From: Eledone cirrhosa
Taxonomy: Eukaryota
NCBI GenBank assembly: GCA_964016885.1
Contig: OZ024741.1
Coordinates: forward strand, 116,002,001 to 116,066,000
DNA: 64,000 nt
Direction: 5' to 3'
Every line of letters starts with the position of its first letter. Position 1 is the stretch's first letter. Shown here in pieces: positions 37,245-53,146 of this stretch. The notes below the pieces were generated by a model. It saw only the letters and a list, made by a program, of their open reading frames with translations. It was not told the origin of the DNA and searched no databases. The translations under genes and the position numbers were made by a program.

Positions 37245-37779
37245 TCTGCGGGTTCTTTATTGTTCTCCATTCTTTCCACTTTTGGCACAAGGCCAGTAAA
37301 TACTCAGTACATTACTGGTACTTTATTTTATCGATCCCGTAATGATGAAAGGCAAAGTTAACCTCGACGGGATTTTAACTTTGCCTTAAAATAGTAAAAG
37401 TAAATAGATTTAGGCCAGTACATACGTATGCACCGACGGACATACACATACATACGCACACACAAATAAACACACACACACACAGCTTTTGCAAAGTTTT
37501 CCCATAACACTTGTGAGCTTTTATAGCTGGAAGTCACTGATTCATGATAGATTTGACGAGAAAAAGATCATTTATCATTGGAAAAATTTAAGAAGTAAAA
37601 CGTATTTACGGTCTTTGTAGAATATAAGACGACTCAGTCTTTGAAAAAACGGAACTGATATCAAGCGATATCAATAATTAAATATCTGAGTAAGGTTTTA
37701 GTTCTGAGGCTATCAGAAAATAATTTATGACTTTTGGATGCCATTCGTATTCTTTAAACAAAGAAAAAGATAGCTCTCT

Positions 37780-37920
37780 CTAAGCGGCGAAATGGCGTTA
37801 GTACGTTTCATTAAAAGCTCAGTATTTATTTCGGTTCATTGCGTTCTGAGTTCAAATCACACCGAGAGTTAACTTTGCTCCTCGTACTTTCTGAGTCGAT
37901 AAACAAAGAACCAGATCAGG
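37780..37920 (+). mobile_element. Degenerate tRNA-derived SINE
   Basis: It reads ggcgaaatggcg...gttctgagttcaaatc...gttaactttgc...gtcgataaa. Confidence 0.55.
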
Positions 37921-39218
37921 GGTGGAAGGATGATGGAATTGTTAAAGAGTTGGACAGTGTGTTTTGTGGTATCTTTTCCAGTTCCGTGTTTTCAGAGTTT
38001 AGATTCCGCTTTACTCTGCCAAGAGTTGCGACCAGCAGATAATAAAGGCAGTGGAAAGTTGACTAGAAAGTGTTTCCTTGGTCCAATGAGACGATTATTT
38101 CTTTTTTTTTTTAACCTTCTGTGGCTATTAAAATATAAAAAGGTTTGTCAATGATTGGAACCATCTCAAGTATGTCTCTTTGATTGTTATAGAAAGAATG
38201 TAAAAAGCAGTCGTTTTAATGTGTTGCTATCAATTGAAGTAGTTTCGCACGTGGCAACTGAGTGTAGTATGAGACAAGATGTTCGTTATATGCTTCGTTT
38301 TGGGAGTAATTAGGAGCAAAAATAACACACATATCACGTAACCAAGTTTCTTCTCTTCTTGCAACGTCCATTTATGGGTAAATATCTAATATTAGTTATA
38401 CCAATATTTTGTGGAGGGGTGGGGATTATATTTATGAATCAAATCAAAATTTGTTCCTTTATATAATTGCTCTTTCTCCCTCTCTATCTCATCTCTCCGT
38501 CAGCCTTTTCTGTATTTCTCACTTGTTCTCCATTTCTTCATCATTAATTCATATTTTACACAATGTAATGGGAGTAAAAAATGCCAAAACACAACTCCAC
38601 ATCTCTTTCTCTCTCTTTCTTTAGCTAAACAATAGAGGTTTTGTAATGTGTTAAATATACAATCATATACTTAATTTCAAGCCACTTAGAAGACCATTGT
38701 GAAATCAAATCGAAACAAATGCGTGAATCTGCTGCGTTTCCTTTCTCTGTGTGTGTGTGCGAGAGAGTGAGAGATAATAAAAGCAATAATAGTATCTGTA
38801 AATAACACAAATTAACCTCCGCAAGCAAGCAGACGTAATAGAATAAACATTATTTTAGTCGGAATGCTGTGTAAATGACTACATAAGTGATTAGAGAAGT
38901 ATGGCTTTGCGTAAGTATGTATATGTGTTCGGACTGTGAATTTTGAAGCAGAAATAAGACTGGGGGTGATGCGGGGGGCACGTTTTGGCAAGAGAAGTTA
39001 AGGTAATTACTAGCAGAGCAAAATAATTCTAAAATTAAGTAAACTTCTAGCAAGGGGTCATTGAGAGTAAATTTCTACAGAAAAAGTGTTCGTAAGAAAC
39101 AGAAAGAAAAAACTCAGTTATTATAAACAGTATGAAAGAATATGACAAAATTAAGAATGGTACCAACAATAGTTCTACGTGTAAAATGAAAATATAAAAA
39201 GGAATGGGCGATACAGAG

Positions 39219-39275
<57 letters not shown>

Positions 39276-39353
39276 AATGTATGTATGTATATATGTATGT
39301 ATGTATGTATATATATATATATATATGTATGTATATATATATATATATGTATG

Positions 39354-39386
<33 letters not shown>

Positions 39387-39387
39387 T

Positions 39388-39790
39388 TATTAATTAAAAT
39401 AACAGATTAAAGTTTAAGCAAAGAATCGTTGATTTCACACGACCTCTTTTATACCCTAAACGTGGTTCTGTCTTTGCGCGTAATTGTTTTTCACCGCTCC
39501 TATTAATGACGTATTATATTCGTTTTTTCCCGTTCTTTGCCAGCGAACGTTTCCACGAACCAAAGTATCGTCTTCCTGTCTTCCTCCGGTTGCAACGTTT
39601 TTTGAAATATCCACTTCTGCGTTTACAGATTGACTTTGTTAGTTTCAGAAGATCCCGTTAAGGGTGAAAGCAGCGATTCTTTGCTTAAACTTTAATCTGT
39701 TATTTTAATAAATATTTGCTCTACGGTTCTTATATATTTGATATATAGTTATCCTTATCGAGCCCTCTTTGGATTTTAGTCTTCGAATTT
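39388..39790 (+). mobile_element. Short PLE-type insert with an inverted 5' tip and a degenerate hammerhead
   Basis: Segment 39395-39440 is the reverse complement of about 39664-39708. The core reads CAGAAGA-t-ccc-gttaa-ggg-t-GAAA, followed by a 3' GCTC...GAGC motif. Confidence 0.6.
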
Positions 39791-39798
39791 ATTATTAT

Positions 39799-39833
<35 letters not shown>

Positions 39834-39839
<6 letters not shown>

Positions 39840-40018
39840 TGAGATTCTACAAGACTAGAACTGTTTCATTCATTAGAAATCATCAGGAATCCTGATGATT
39901 TCTAATGAATGAAACAGTTCTAGTCCTGTAGAATCTCATCTATATTAAAACTTTTATACTCTGCTATGTATTGAGTACCTTACTTACTGTGGTTACCTCC
40001 GATTCAACCCGGAATAAC

Positions 40019-40019
<1 letters not shown>
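39834..40019 (+). mobile_element. Short palindromic PLE-type insert with a hammerhead core
   Basis: There is a near-perfect palindrome of about 110 bp centred on 39889. The core reads CTGATGA-tttc-taat-gaat-GAAAC..GTC, followed by a TACTC...GAGTA hairpin, with (TA)n on both sides. Confidence 0.7.
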
Positions 40020-40055
<36 letters not shown>

Positions 40056-40061
40056 TGTATG

Positions 40062-40098
<37 letters not shown>

Positions 40099-40103
40099 GT
40101 ATG

Positions 40104-40160
<57 letters not shown>

Positions 40161-40165
40161 GTATG

Positions 40166-40200
<35 letters not shown>

Positions 40201-40299
40201 GTATGTATATATATATATATATGTATGTATATATATATATATATGTGTGTATGTATATATATATATATAAATATATATATGTATGTATATATATACATG

Positions 40300-40342
<43 letters not shown>

Positions 40343-40351
40343 ATATATATG

Positions 40352-40398
<47 letters not shown>

Positions 40399-40757
40399 AT
40401 ATATATGTATGTATATATATATATGTATGTATGTATATATATATGTATGTATGTATATATATATATGTATGTATATATATATGTATATATATATATATAT
40501 GTATGTATATATATATATGTATGTGTATATATGTGTGTATATGTGTATGTATGTATGTATGTGTATATATATGTGTGTATGTATATTGTGTATGTATGTG
40601 TATATATATATTTATGTATATGTATATGTATGTATGTATGCGTATGTATATATGTGTGTATGTATGCATATATATATATGTGTGTGTATGTATGTGTATG
40701 TATATGTGAGTATGTATGTGTGTATATATATATATATATATATGTATGTATATATAT

Positions 40758-41115
40758 AACTCTGATATAACACCTGCAACCCTGATGGTATCCAATGATG
40801 TTGACTTGTTCTTCTTTTTGGTAAATATCATCTTGGTTAAGAGAGTGGGACTGGCTTTGTACAGTGCCTTTGCTCACTATAAAAGCTTCACGGCACAGGC
40901 ATTGCTTTATATCTGGAGATCTCTCTGCACTTGTCGTCACATGGTACCATGGGCCCAGCACTATGTGTCAGTAATTGTCACAAGTGTAGTGTTTGTACCA
41001 GAGTTTTCAAGTCGCTGGCTGGACTAAAAAGTCACACTCGTTCAGCGCATCGGTAGGGGTTCTCCTACATGGATATAAAGTAGTGGCCGTACTCGAAAAC
41101 GAGTTGGCAGCCACC
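40758..41115 (+). mobile_element. Non-autonomous RTE-derived short element, copy 1 (5'-truncated)
   Basis: It encodes a terminal C2H2 remnant, [25 protein letters not shown], and has an RTE-like 3' stem (ctcgaaaacgag). Confidence 0.7.
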
Positions 41116-41155
41116 ATATATGTATGTATGTGTATATATATATGTGTATGTATGT

Positions 41156-41197
<42 letters not shown>

Positions 41198-41560
41198 GTA
41201 TATATATATATGTGTATGTATGTGTATGTATGTGTGTATGTATGTATATATATGTATATATTTATGTATATCTGTATATTGTATATACAGATATGTATGT
41301 GTGTATATATATATATGTATATATATATATATGTATATCTATGTATATGCATGTATGTATGTGTGTGTATGTGTATGTGTATATATATGTATGTGTATGT
41401 ATATATATATGTATATGTGTATATGTATATATATTTGTATATATGTATGTATGTGTATGTATGTATATATATGCATGTATATGTATGTGTATGTATATAT
41501 ATGTATATGTGTGTGCATGTATGTATGTATGTATATATGTATATATATGCATATATGTAT

Positions 41561-41973
41561 CTCCGGGAGAGATGACCCCTTAGCCTTTGTGAAGGCAGAA
41601 TTCTAGGAGAAGGAAAACTCTGACGTAACACCTGCAACCCTGATGGTATCCAATGATGTTGACTTGTTCTTCTTTTTGGTAAATATCATCTTGGTTAAGA
41701 TAGTGGGACTGTCTTTGTGCAGTGCCTTTGATCACTATAAAAGCTTCACGGCACAGGCATTGCTTTATATCTGGAGATCTCTCTGCACTTGTTGTCACAT
41801 GGTACCATGCGCCCAGCACTATGTGTCAATAATTGTCATAAGTGTAGTGTTTGTACCAGAGTTTTCAAGTCGCTGGCTGGACTAAAAAGTCACACTCGTT
41901 CAGCGCATCGGTAGGGGTTCTCCTACATGGATATAAAGTAGTGGCCGTACTCGAAATCGAGTTGGCAGCCACC
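41561..41973 (+). mobile_element. Non-autonomous RTE-derived short element, copy 2
   Basis: It is near-identical to copy 1, with an extra 5' segment containing the RTE 5'-UTR-type motif ggagaaggaaaactctga. Confidence 0.7.
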
Positions 41974-42002
41974 ATATATGTATGTATATATATATATTTA
42001 TG

Positions 42003-42039
<37 letters not shown>

Positions 42040-42078
42040 ATGTATGTATATATATATATATTTATATATATATTTGTG

Positions 42079-42115
<37 letters not shown>

Positions 42116-42116
42116 G

Positions 42117-42147
<31 letters not shown>

Positions 42148-42160
42148 TTGCGTATGTATG

Positions 42161-42193
<33 letters not shown>

Positions 42194-42394
42194 ATTTGTG
42201 TATGTATATATAAATATATATGTATTTGTATATGTATAAATATATATATATATATATGTATGTATGTATATATATATATTTATGTATGTATGTATATATA
42301 TATATTTATGTATGCATATATATATATATTTATGTGTGTATATATATATATATATATTTATGTATGTATATATATATACATATATTTATGTATG

Positions 42395-42443
<49 letters not shown>

Positions 42444-42444
42444 G

Positions 42445-42493
<49 letters not shown>

Positions 42494-42524
42494 GTATGTA
42501 TATATATATATATATATATTTATG

Positions 42525-42569
<45 letters not shown>

Positions 42570-42590
42570 ATATATATATATATTTATGTA

Positions 42591-42761
<171 letters not shown>

Positions 42762-42762
42762 G

Positions 42763-42808
<46 letters not shown>

Positions 42809-42814
42809 TTTATG

Positions 42815-42855
<41 letters not shown>

Positions 42856-42856
42856 G

Positions 42857-42896
<40 letters not shown>

Positions 42897-42898
42897 TG

Positions 42899-42951
<53 letters not shown>

Positions 42952-43128
42952 GTATGTATATATATATATATATATATTAATGTATGTATATATATATATA
43001 TATATATTTATGTATGTATGTATATATATATATATATATTTATGTATGTATATATATATATATATATATTTATGTATGTATATATATATATATACTTATG
43101 TATGTATATATATATATATATATTTATG

Positions 43129-43189
<61 letters not shown>

Positions 43190-43194
43190 GTATG

Positions 43195-43288
<94 letters not shown>

Positions 43289-43963
43289 GAGTAAAGCAGA
43301 CTTCAGTTTTGAATGGAAAGAGTATTTTGAATGAAAAGATTATTTTGGGGATGACAAGAGGTCAAGCCGGTGAAAGAAACACGAAAATTTGATGTTATAA
43401 ATGAATAATGCTAACTTTAAAATCTAAGGAGAATAAAATTTTACGATAAATGTGTTAGTGAAAATTATCAATTTTATTTAAAACATAAGGCATTTACATA
43501 TATAAAAAGAAAATAAATTAATTTAATTCATAGGTATATTTATATTGATGAATTTATATTAATTCATATAGAAATGATAAATAAGAGTTAGATGTAATTG
43601 AAGAATGTTGTTAAAAACGAAGGGAAAAAAATGGGGGGGGGGGGATAAATGTATTAGCGAGAAATAACAAATGTATATAGAATACAAGGAATATAGATTC
43701 ATAACCTGAAATTAAAATAGTTTATATATATACTTATTGGTATAAATTTTAGGAAAAGATAGCTGTAAAAGGGCAATAAAATTATGCAGTTGATTAGTAG
43801 TAGGATATTAATTATAGGTTAACTAATTTGAAAAAAAAAAAAAAAATTAATTATAATAATTTGTAAAGTGTATATTAATTAGGTTTATAATATTTAAAAG
43901 TTTTTCTAATTTTATGATTACATGATATAATTAATTCTTATAAATATATATATATATATAAAT

Positions 43964-44076
<113 letters not shown>

Positions 44077-45100
44077 AAATAAAGTTAAATAAAAGTCAAA
44101 TGATTAAAATGTTGCTTCGTTTATTACTGCTATATATATTTCAGTGACAGCCATCTTTGGCTGTGACCTCTTCAGGCAGTTTGAATTAGTATGGTATAGA
44201 CAAGTACATATGTTGTTTAGGTGTATGATATTGTCAATACTCTGATATGCCCAGTTCCTTGTTGGGTTGTTAATTCACGGGGGAACTGGAGTCATATGAA
44301 CTGGAGTCATTATAATAAAATAAAAATAAAAATGAAAATAAAAATGAAGCATTGGCAGTTTATGAAGATAAAGCAAGAGGAAAGTTTAGAATAGTCAGTG
44401 TATGAAACAATCTCACGTGTAGCATGCACGCGTGTCTTATTTATACAGGATTAGAGTGCGTCAGAATGTTATTTGCAGGGTCAGGCAGTTGAAGCAGGCA
44501 ATCGATATTATTATGTGGGCCCGAATTATTAAATCATTTTTTCGCATACACCTGTATGATATACAGTCCCGAATGTAGAGAAACACCAAAATATCAAAAA
44601 TTTCAAACATATTATAAACCATATTACATTGTAGGCAAAAGAGTACCACTGTCTTCGCGCACACCACCACTCACATAATCCATGAGACGCAATATATAGA
44701 ACACGGGTCTATCATATAATTCACGATGGTTCAGCTTATAACCAAGTTATAAACCGTATCTTGTCGATTCTTATTTAATAGATCATGTTGTTTAGTTTTG
44801 TGTGATGATATTATATTCCGGAAGTGTCTGTATGACCAAGGGGAATTAATGCGTAAGGGGAGGTAACTAGCTGGTTTTCTTAGTTAAATTTATTATCCTA
44901 AATTACATTAATGGTGTTTCAAATAAGTGCCTATCATATGATGTTATAAATAATTTCTAGATTATGTTACTTATTTATAGGTTACAGTGTTGTCTATTAA
45001 GAAGTACTAAGGTGTATATATCAGGATGATTACCTTCTATTAAGGGGTGTCATATCTGAACATTCTATAAGAAGATTCAGACCCCCAAATCAATGTTCTT
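44077..45100 (-). mobile_element. Non-coding PLE-related element, related to about 60050-61508
   Basis: A hammerhead lies near the (TA)n-abutting end. The block ccggaagtgt...aagggga.ttaatgc...aggggaggtaact is shared with 60944-60995. Confidence 0.5.
44126..44180 (-). ncRNA. Type-I hammerhead ribozyme motif
   Basis: The minus strand reads actgc-CTGAAGA-g-gtcacagcca-aaga-tggctgtcac-t-GAAA-t-atat-a-TA-gcagt, with a perfect 5-bp stem I. Confidence 0.82.
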
Positions 45101-45179
45101 TGTAAATGTAATTCCTCCCGTTGGACCTGGCAGAGGTCCTGCGGGAGGAATTACTCATGGTATGATAGCAATAAATACC

Positions 45180-46175
45180 AGAATGTAATGTTCATCGATA
45201 CAACCCCTAGAGGTGAATTAGCTTACAAATTTAGAAGGGCCCTAGATAAACATAAACTCAATATTAAGATAGTAGAAAGACCAGATACCTCCGTAAAAAC
45301 ACTTATTAGCAAGACATACCCTCTTCAAAGAGCCCCTGTATAGATAAGAAATGTATAACCTGTAAATTAAGCCCCCATATTAACTGTAAAACTAGAAATG
45401 TAGTATATAGCATAAGATCTACTGAAGGACAATGTAGAGACAAAAATATAGTGTACATAGGTGAGACAGCTCGTAGTGTAGGGGAACGGATAAATGAACA
45501 CTGGCGAGACCTTCGAGATAGTAAAGAATCATCTGTACTCTACCAACATGCTAAAATAGAACATAAGGGTAAATTAGAGAACATAGAAATAAAAATAGAA
45601 TCTACACACAGAAAAGACGCAATGTTTAGACAAATCACAGAGGCAATAAACATAAAAGAATTACAACCAAAATTAAATAGAAAACATGAGTGGAACAGCA
45701 ACATCACAACCTACACTTAAGGACAAAATGAAAACACACAGGCACATAGAACAAACAACCAACCTGTAACATGTAAATAAACAAATAAATAAACGAATAT
45801 AAACACACACACAGACACCCGGATGTGGCGCATGCGCAAACGGAGCACACAACACATACACAGAAACAAAATGGCGTAGGACAGAACAAAGGAGAGGCAC
45901 AAAAACAAAGAAAAGAATCCCCAGTCACTGAAGAGGTCACAGAATGTGTGACGAAAGAACTTTGACAATACATAAACAACCATCCGGTTGTGGAACCAAC
46001 CAACCAACCGGAAATTTATAAATTCCTCAATTTATAAATTTATTATAATAAATTGAAGTGAAAGCAACTTGTGCGTGTGTTTCTTATTGGCAACATGACC
46101 CTCCCAAAGTATAACAATACCGGTTTCAACACACGTTTTCAGATAAAGAATCTTGCTAAACAAATTCAGAAACGA
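45180..46175 (+). mobile_element. Penelope-like element 3' fragment (GIY-YIG endonuclease plus pLTR)
   Basis: It contains NCKTRNVVY, YIGETARSVGERINEH and ITEAINIKELQPKLNRKHEW, with a downstream hammerhead motif. Confidence 0.85.
45924..45966 (+). ncRNA. Minimal hammerhead-like motif
   Basis: It reads gtca-CTGAAGA-g-gtcac-agaatgt-gtgac-GAAA-g-aa-c-TT-tgac. Confidence 0.65.
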
Positions 46176-46228
46176 TATATATATATATAAATATATATAT
46201 ATATCTAAATATATATATATCTAAATAT

Positions 46229-46371
<143 letters not shown>

Positions 46372-46374
46372 TAT

Positions 46375-46688
46375 ATATAGTTATATAATAAACAACATAA
46401 GGCAATTATTCCATTTCCCAGTGGTTTCTTAAAAGCAAAAAACTTTGCTTTCAATCATCAGAATGAAAAAGTCCTGGTCTGTTTATTGAATTTGGATTTT
46501 AAAAACCAAATTCAAGAAACAAACCAGGATTTTTTCATTCTGATGATTCAAAGCAACATTTTTTGCTTTTAAGAAACCACTGGGATATGGAATAATTGCC
46601 TTATGTTGTTTATTATATAACTATTAAGCTCTGTTTCCTACATAGAGCACTCTTTTTTCCTGGACTTTTCCGACGGAATTACTTCATA
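46375..46688 (+). mobile_element. Palindromic PLE-type insert (about 120-bp arms) with a degenerate hammerhead and 3' hairpin
   Basis: Segment 46377-46495 is the reverse complement of 46506-46624. The core reads CTGATGA-tt-caaagca..tgcttt-taa-GAAA, followed by GCTCT...AGAGCACTCT. Confidence 0.7.
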
Positions 46689-47760
<1,072 letters not shown>

Positions 47761-48022
47761 AGGGGTGAGACACACACTCACAGAGGAACAGCTAGAGAGA
47801 GGGAAAAATATTTTAAGTGTATAGATAGCGATCGCAATGCAGTGAGAATAAAATACGTACTGGCAAACCGCCAAGCGGGCCGCTACTTTTTATAGCCTTA
47901 AGCTTTGGTGTAGTCTTTGAACGTGTTTATTGTTTTCATACCACTTCTGTACTGAGCAGCTTGGCAGGGTGTATAACTTCATAATGTGTATGTAGCACAA
48001 CTATTCTGATAAATACACACAT

Positions 48023-48064
<42 letters not shown>

Positions 48065-48754
48065 ACATACACACTCACACATATATATATATATACATAC
48101 ACACACACATATATATATATACATACGCACACATATATATATATATACATACACACACACATATATATATACATACACACACACACATATATATATATAC
48201 ATACAAACACACATATATATATACATACACACACACACATATATATATACATACACACACACACACATATATATATATATACAATATTAAATAAATGGAA
48301 AACTATATTTATAAAACCATATTTATTTCATTATATATATTTCGGGGATATCATATTAACAATATGCTATGCCTTCATCAGACAAAATACAATATAAACA
48401 GTTTTATAGATAAATATATTCGACATACCGTAATAAACATCAACTTCATTTGAAGAGGTTCACTCTAGCCGTGAAAATACAGAGAGAAAGAAAGAGAGAG
48501 AGAAAAGAGGGAAATAAGAAAGAAAGAAAGACAAAACGAAGAAAAGGAAGAAAAAGAAGAAAAAGAAGAAATGCATGGGACAAAATAGAGAGATGGAAAA
48601 ATAGATAAAGCGAAGAGCTTCATGTAAAGAGACCGAAAGAGATATATATATATAGAGAGAGAGAGAGGAAATAGAGATAGATACATATATAAATATAGAT
48701 ATAGAAAAATTAGGTAGTGGGAGGTCATTTTGAGTAAGTGTATCAATGATGCAT

Positions 48755-48789
<35 letters not shown>

Positions 48790-49089
48790 GCTCAAGTATT
48801 AATGTAAGGGAGATATATAGAGAGATATAGAGAGATATATAGAGAGAAAAATTTAAAAATAGCCAGACATATTCGAGGCGTAGAAAACCCTAATGAATTT
48901 TCACGCATTGTGAATACTTGTTTCATTCAGGAATACTGATATTTACAATATAGTGTAAGTTTTATAAATACTAATACATTAAAACATAGGGTTTTCTACG
49001 CCTCGAATATGTCTGGCTATTTTTAAATTTTTCTCTCTCTATATCTCTCTATATCTCTCTATATATCTCCCTTACATTAATACTTGAGC

Positions 49090-49124
<35 letters not shown>

Positions 49125-49489
49125 ATGCATCATTGATACACTTACTCAAAATGACCTCCCACTACCTAATTTTTCTATATCTATATTTATATATGTATCT
49201 ATCTCTATTTCCTCTCTCTCTCTATATATATATATATCTCTTTCGGTCTCTTTACATGAAGCTCTTCGCTTTATCTATTTTTCCATCTCTCTATTTTGTC
49301 CCATGCATTTCTTCTTTTTCTTCTTTTTCTTCCTTTTCTTCGTTTTGTCTTTCTTTCTTTCTTATTTCCCTCTTTTCTCTCTCTCTTTCTTTCTCTCTGT
49401 ATTTTCACTGCTAGAGTGAACCTCTTCAAATGAAGTTGATGTTTATTACGGTATGTCGAATATATTTATCTATAAAACTGTTTATATTG

Positions 49490-49555
49490 TATTTTGTCTG
49501 ATGAAGGCATAGCATATTGTTAATATGATATCCCCGAAATATATATAATGAAATA
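49490..49555 (+). ncRNA. Minimal type-I hammerhead in the pLTR (copies also at 53512-53577 + and 48324-48389 -)
   Basis: It reads tattttgt-CTGATGA-aggcatagcatatt-gtt-aatatgatatcccc-GAAA-t-atat-a-TA-atgaaata. Confidence 0.78.
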
Positions 49556-49734
49556 AATATGGTTTTATAAATATAGTTTTCCATTTATTTAATATTGTAA
49601 ATATACTCCAAGTATTTGTCGAGTGCTTTTATATCAGTTATAAATATTTACTAGTTGTAACCCAACAATTTTAAATATAACTTTACATGTATCTTGCTCC
49701 AATACTGTTGAGCGCTTTATATTATAACTGAAAA

Positions 49735-51949
49735 ATGGAATTCTTTAAGATTACTTCCTCTCTAAAAGACATACCTCTACCTAGAAACAAAGACTTTGTA
49801 AAACAACTAATAGATAAATCTGACTCTTTTATAAGGAGAATCAGGTGGCGTGCATTCCACTTTGATAAATTTAATGCAGACGAAAATATCTCGGACTTAA
49901 ACAAAGTTTTCAAATCTAAAAGAAATCCACCCCCTAACAAACTTTTATCTGACTTTGAAAACGATATAATTTCTATCATACAAGGGGTCAAATTCAAGAG
50001 AAACTTTAAAGGCCAGGAATATCTGAAAGGCATTAAGGATAACATTGAGAGCTTAGAGAAAACTGAGAAGATCTTGGTGAAATCTGACAAGACCAACAAC
50101 CTCTATGGAGTGCAGAAAGACATGTATAATGGCCTCATACTGAAAGAGCTGAGGAAAAAATACAAGGTAGCAGATAAGACCGAACTTGTGAAAATGAATG
50201 TTGAAGCATCTTGTATAATGCATGAGTTGGAAATTGAGAACAGAACACAACCTTTCGTGCCCAGGAAACCGAAGATCAATATGAAGGACCACAAGAGGAA
50301 TTTTGAGATCGACCTGCCAGTTAGATTAATCGCACCTTCAAAATCGGACCTGGGCAAATTAAGCAAAAACATTCTTGACAGGGTGATACTGCAAATTAAG
50401 AACTTGGATTATGTATCTAACCTGAGCTTGTGGAAGGGAACTGGAGAGGTTGTTGAGTGGTTTAGGCAAATTAAATATGACAATAATAATAGGTTTATTC
50501 AACTTGATATAGCTAACTATTATTCTTCTATTACCCCTAGTCTACTAAATAAGGTACTAAATTACGCATTCAAACATACGGACCTAACTAGCAAAGAAAT
50601 GCATATTGTATTATCAGCTAGGAAAACTTTGATAGAATTTGATGACAAATTATGGACCAGAGCAGATAGAGATAGCAATTTTGACATAACTATGGGATCT
50701 TCCGACTCAGCTCAAGTAACTGACCTTGTGGGCTTATTTTTAATCAATTCGCTACATAGGAAAATACCTGGTACTACCGGAGGTTTATATAGGGATGACA
50801 TGCTTTTACTTATTAATAATAATAACCCTGAACTAAATAGAAAATGTAAACAAATTACAAAATGTTTTAATTACTTTAACCTTAAAATAGAAATTGAGAA
50901 CAACCATAGAATAGTCAATTTCCTAGATATAACATTAAATCTCAACACATGTCTCCACTATCCTTTTCACAAGTTGAATGAAAACTTAAACTATGTCAAC
51001 TTTAACTCTAACCACCCCAGATCTGTCAAAAACACTATAGTAAACTCAGTTCAAAAACGTATCTCTAGGATCTCGTCGAATAGAAAGATTTTTGACGAAA
51101 AGGCCCAATACTATAATGATGCACTAGCTAGGGCAGGGTATGCTGATAAGATTGTGTACATAGATAATGATAAACAAACTAAACAAAGTAACAACTTTTT
51201 TAATTATGGCAACAACATTAACAACTATAATAGAAAGCATTACAATAATTCCAAAGGACAAAAAAGAAATAGAACTAGGAACATAATTTGGTTTGCCCCC
51301 CCCTTTCTCACTAAACATTAAAACCCACATCGCTAAATTATTTTTCAAAGCTCTTGATAATCGCTTCCCTAGAACACATAGGTACCACTCAATCTTCAAT
51401 AGGCATACAATTAAATTAACCTACTCATCCACCAAAAATTTAGCACAAAATATTAATAGAATAAATAATAGGAACTTAAAACCTACTGATAATAGCATAA
51501 ATAATATACAAGTTAACAAATGTAACTGTAGAGATAGATCTAAATGTCCGTTAAATAACAACTGCTTAGTTAAAAATATAGTATACAATTGTAATGTTAA
51601 TACTGACTCTAATTCTTTTAACTACGTCGGTTCCACATCGACGGAATTTAAACTTCGCTATAATAACCACAAGAATTCTTTCACAGATCCAAATAAAAAA
51701 TCTTCAACGGCACTATCAGGTGTACTCTGGCAACTTAAGCTAGATAACGTTAGATATTCGACGGCTTGGAATATAGTCTCAAGAGGGATTCCTTTTAATT
51801 CATCCTCTGAGACATGTGACCTCTGCGCAGAGGAGATATTCTTTATACTAAAATCTAAAAATTCCCTTAACCTACGGACAAATTTATTCAGTTGTTGCAA
51901 ACATAGATTAAACTCAACGTTTAAATATAAATTTAAATTTAAAATGTAG
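49735..51949 (+). CDS. PLE reverse transcriptase plus C-terminal GIY-YIG endonuclease (about 737 aa, one +1 frameshift in a C8 run near 51300)
   Basis: The RT contains KSDKT, PVRLIAP, LDIANYYSSI, ITMGS and GLYRDD. The endonuclease contains CNCRDRSKCPLNNNC, IVY..YVGST..FKLRYNNH, CDLC..E and SCCKHR. The ORFs 49735-51321 and 51293-51949 join as WFAPPFSLN if one C is removed. Confidence 0.88.
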
Positions 51950-53111
51950 TATATTTAGTTTGATTTATATTTATATGAGAACAAGCCGATAAATCTTTTG
52001 ATTCCTAAATCTTTGATTCCCTCTTTTTACTCTTTTTATTGTTTATTTTATTTTATTTATTTTTATTTTTATTTTTATTTTTATCTAAACATTCCTCATG
52101 AAAAATTAAGCTACCCTAAAAGCCGATGCTCCAAATTTTCTGAATTAACCTTACACTTGATAAACTTATATATTAAATATAGGAACATATGTAGACATTA
52201 TTGGACATCATAATCTTTTTTGCGATATTCCTTGCTAGATGTGATTTGATAGATAATTTTTGGCTTTGTCTTGTAGTGAACTTGGCAATATATTGTCAAT
52301 TAACCTTGAAGGGTTGTTCTTTGTGGTTTATTTTTATTTTTATTTTTATTTTTATTTTTATTTTTATTCTTTTAGTATTGTAGTATTCTATAATATTTTT
52401 ATATTTTTATTTTTTATTTTTTATTTTTTATTTTTTATTTTATTTTATTTTTATTTTTAATATTTTTATATGTAAACTTTTTTTATATGTAAATTTTTAT
52501 TTTTAATATTTTTAATATTTTTATATGTAAAGTTTTAATACGTAATATTTTTAATACGTAGTATTTTTAATATGCAATATTTTTAATATGCAATATTTTT
52601 ATTATGTAATATTCTTTCGTAATATTCTTTTTTAGTTTTCTATTCTATATTTTTATATTTTTATATATTTTTACTTATTATCATTATTATTGTTATCTCT
52701 GCTTATAATATAATATATATTTTCGATTAGTATATTGAAATCTGCTCTCTATTTCTGCTTGGTAGATAATCTTGTAGAGTAATCGCAGGAATAATAATAC
52801 GCTCAAATTTTTATACCACATTGAGAATGTTTTCCGGTAACTTTGAATTTGCGGAGTGAATCAGTTGGATTCACATAGACATATGAATTTTTTTAAAAAA
52901 CTAAACATAAGATAATGAATTTTCACGCATTGTGAATACTTGTTTCATTCAGGAATACTGATATTTACAATATAGTGTAAGTTTTATAAATACTAATACA
53001 TTAAAACATAGGGTTTTCTACGCCTCGAATATGTCTGGCTATTTTTAAATTTTTCTCTCTCTATATCTCTCTATATCTCTCTATATATCTCCCTTACATT
53101 AATACTTGAGC

Positions 53112-53146
<35 letters not shown>

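Noticed and set aside
37920-39200. Possible host exon(s) in apparently unique sequence
   Set aside because: There is no convincing ORF or splice-site pair. It cannot be excluded without transcript data.
40970-41056. Host C2H2 zinc-finger gene exon
   Set aside because: It is a single finger followed by a stop and an RTE-type 3' end, and it is duplicated as part of a repeat.
49735-51949. Selenoprotein-type Naiad with in-frame UGA at Cys positions
   Set aside because: All conserved cysteines are TGT or TGC and there is no in-frame TGA. The only break is a frameshift.
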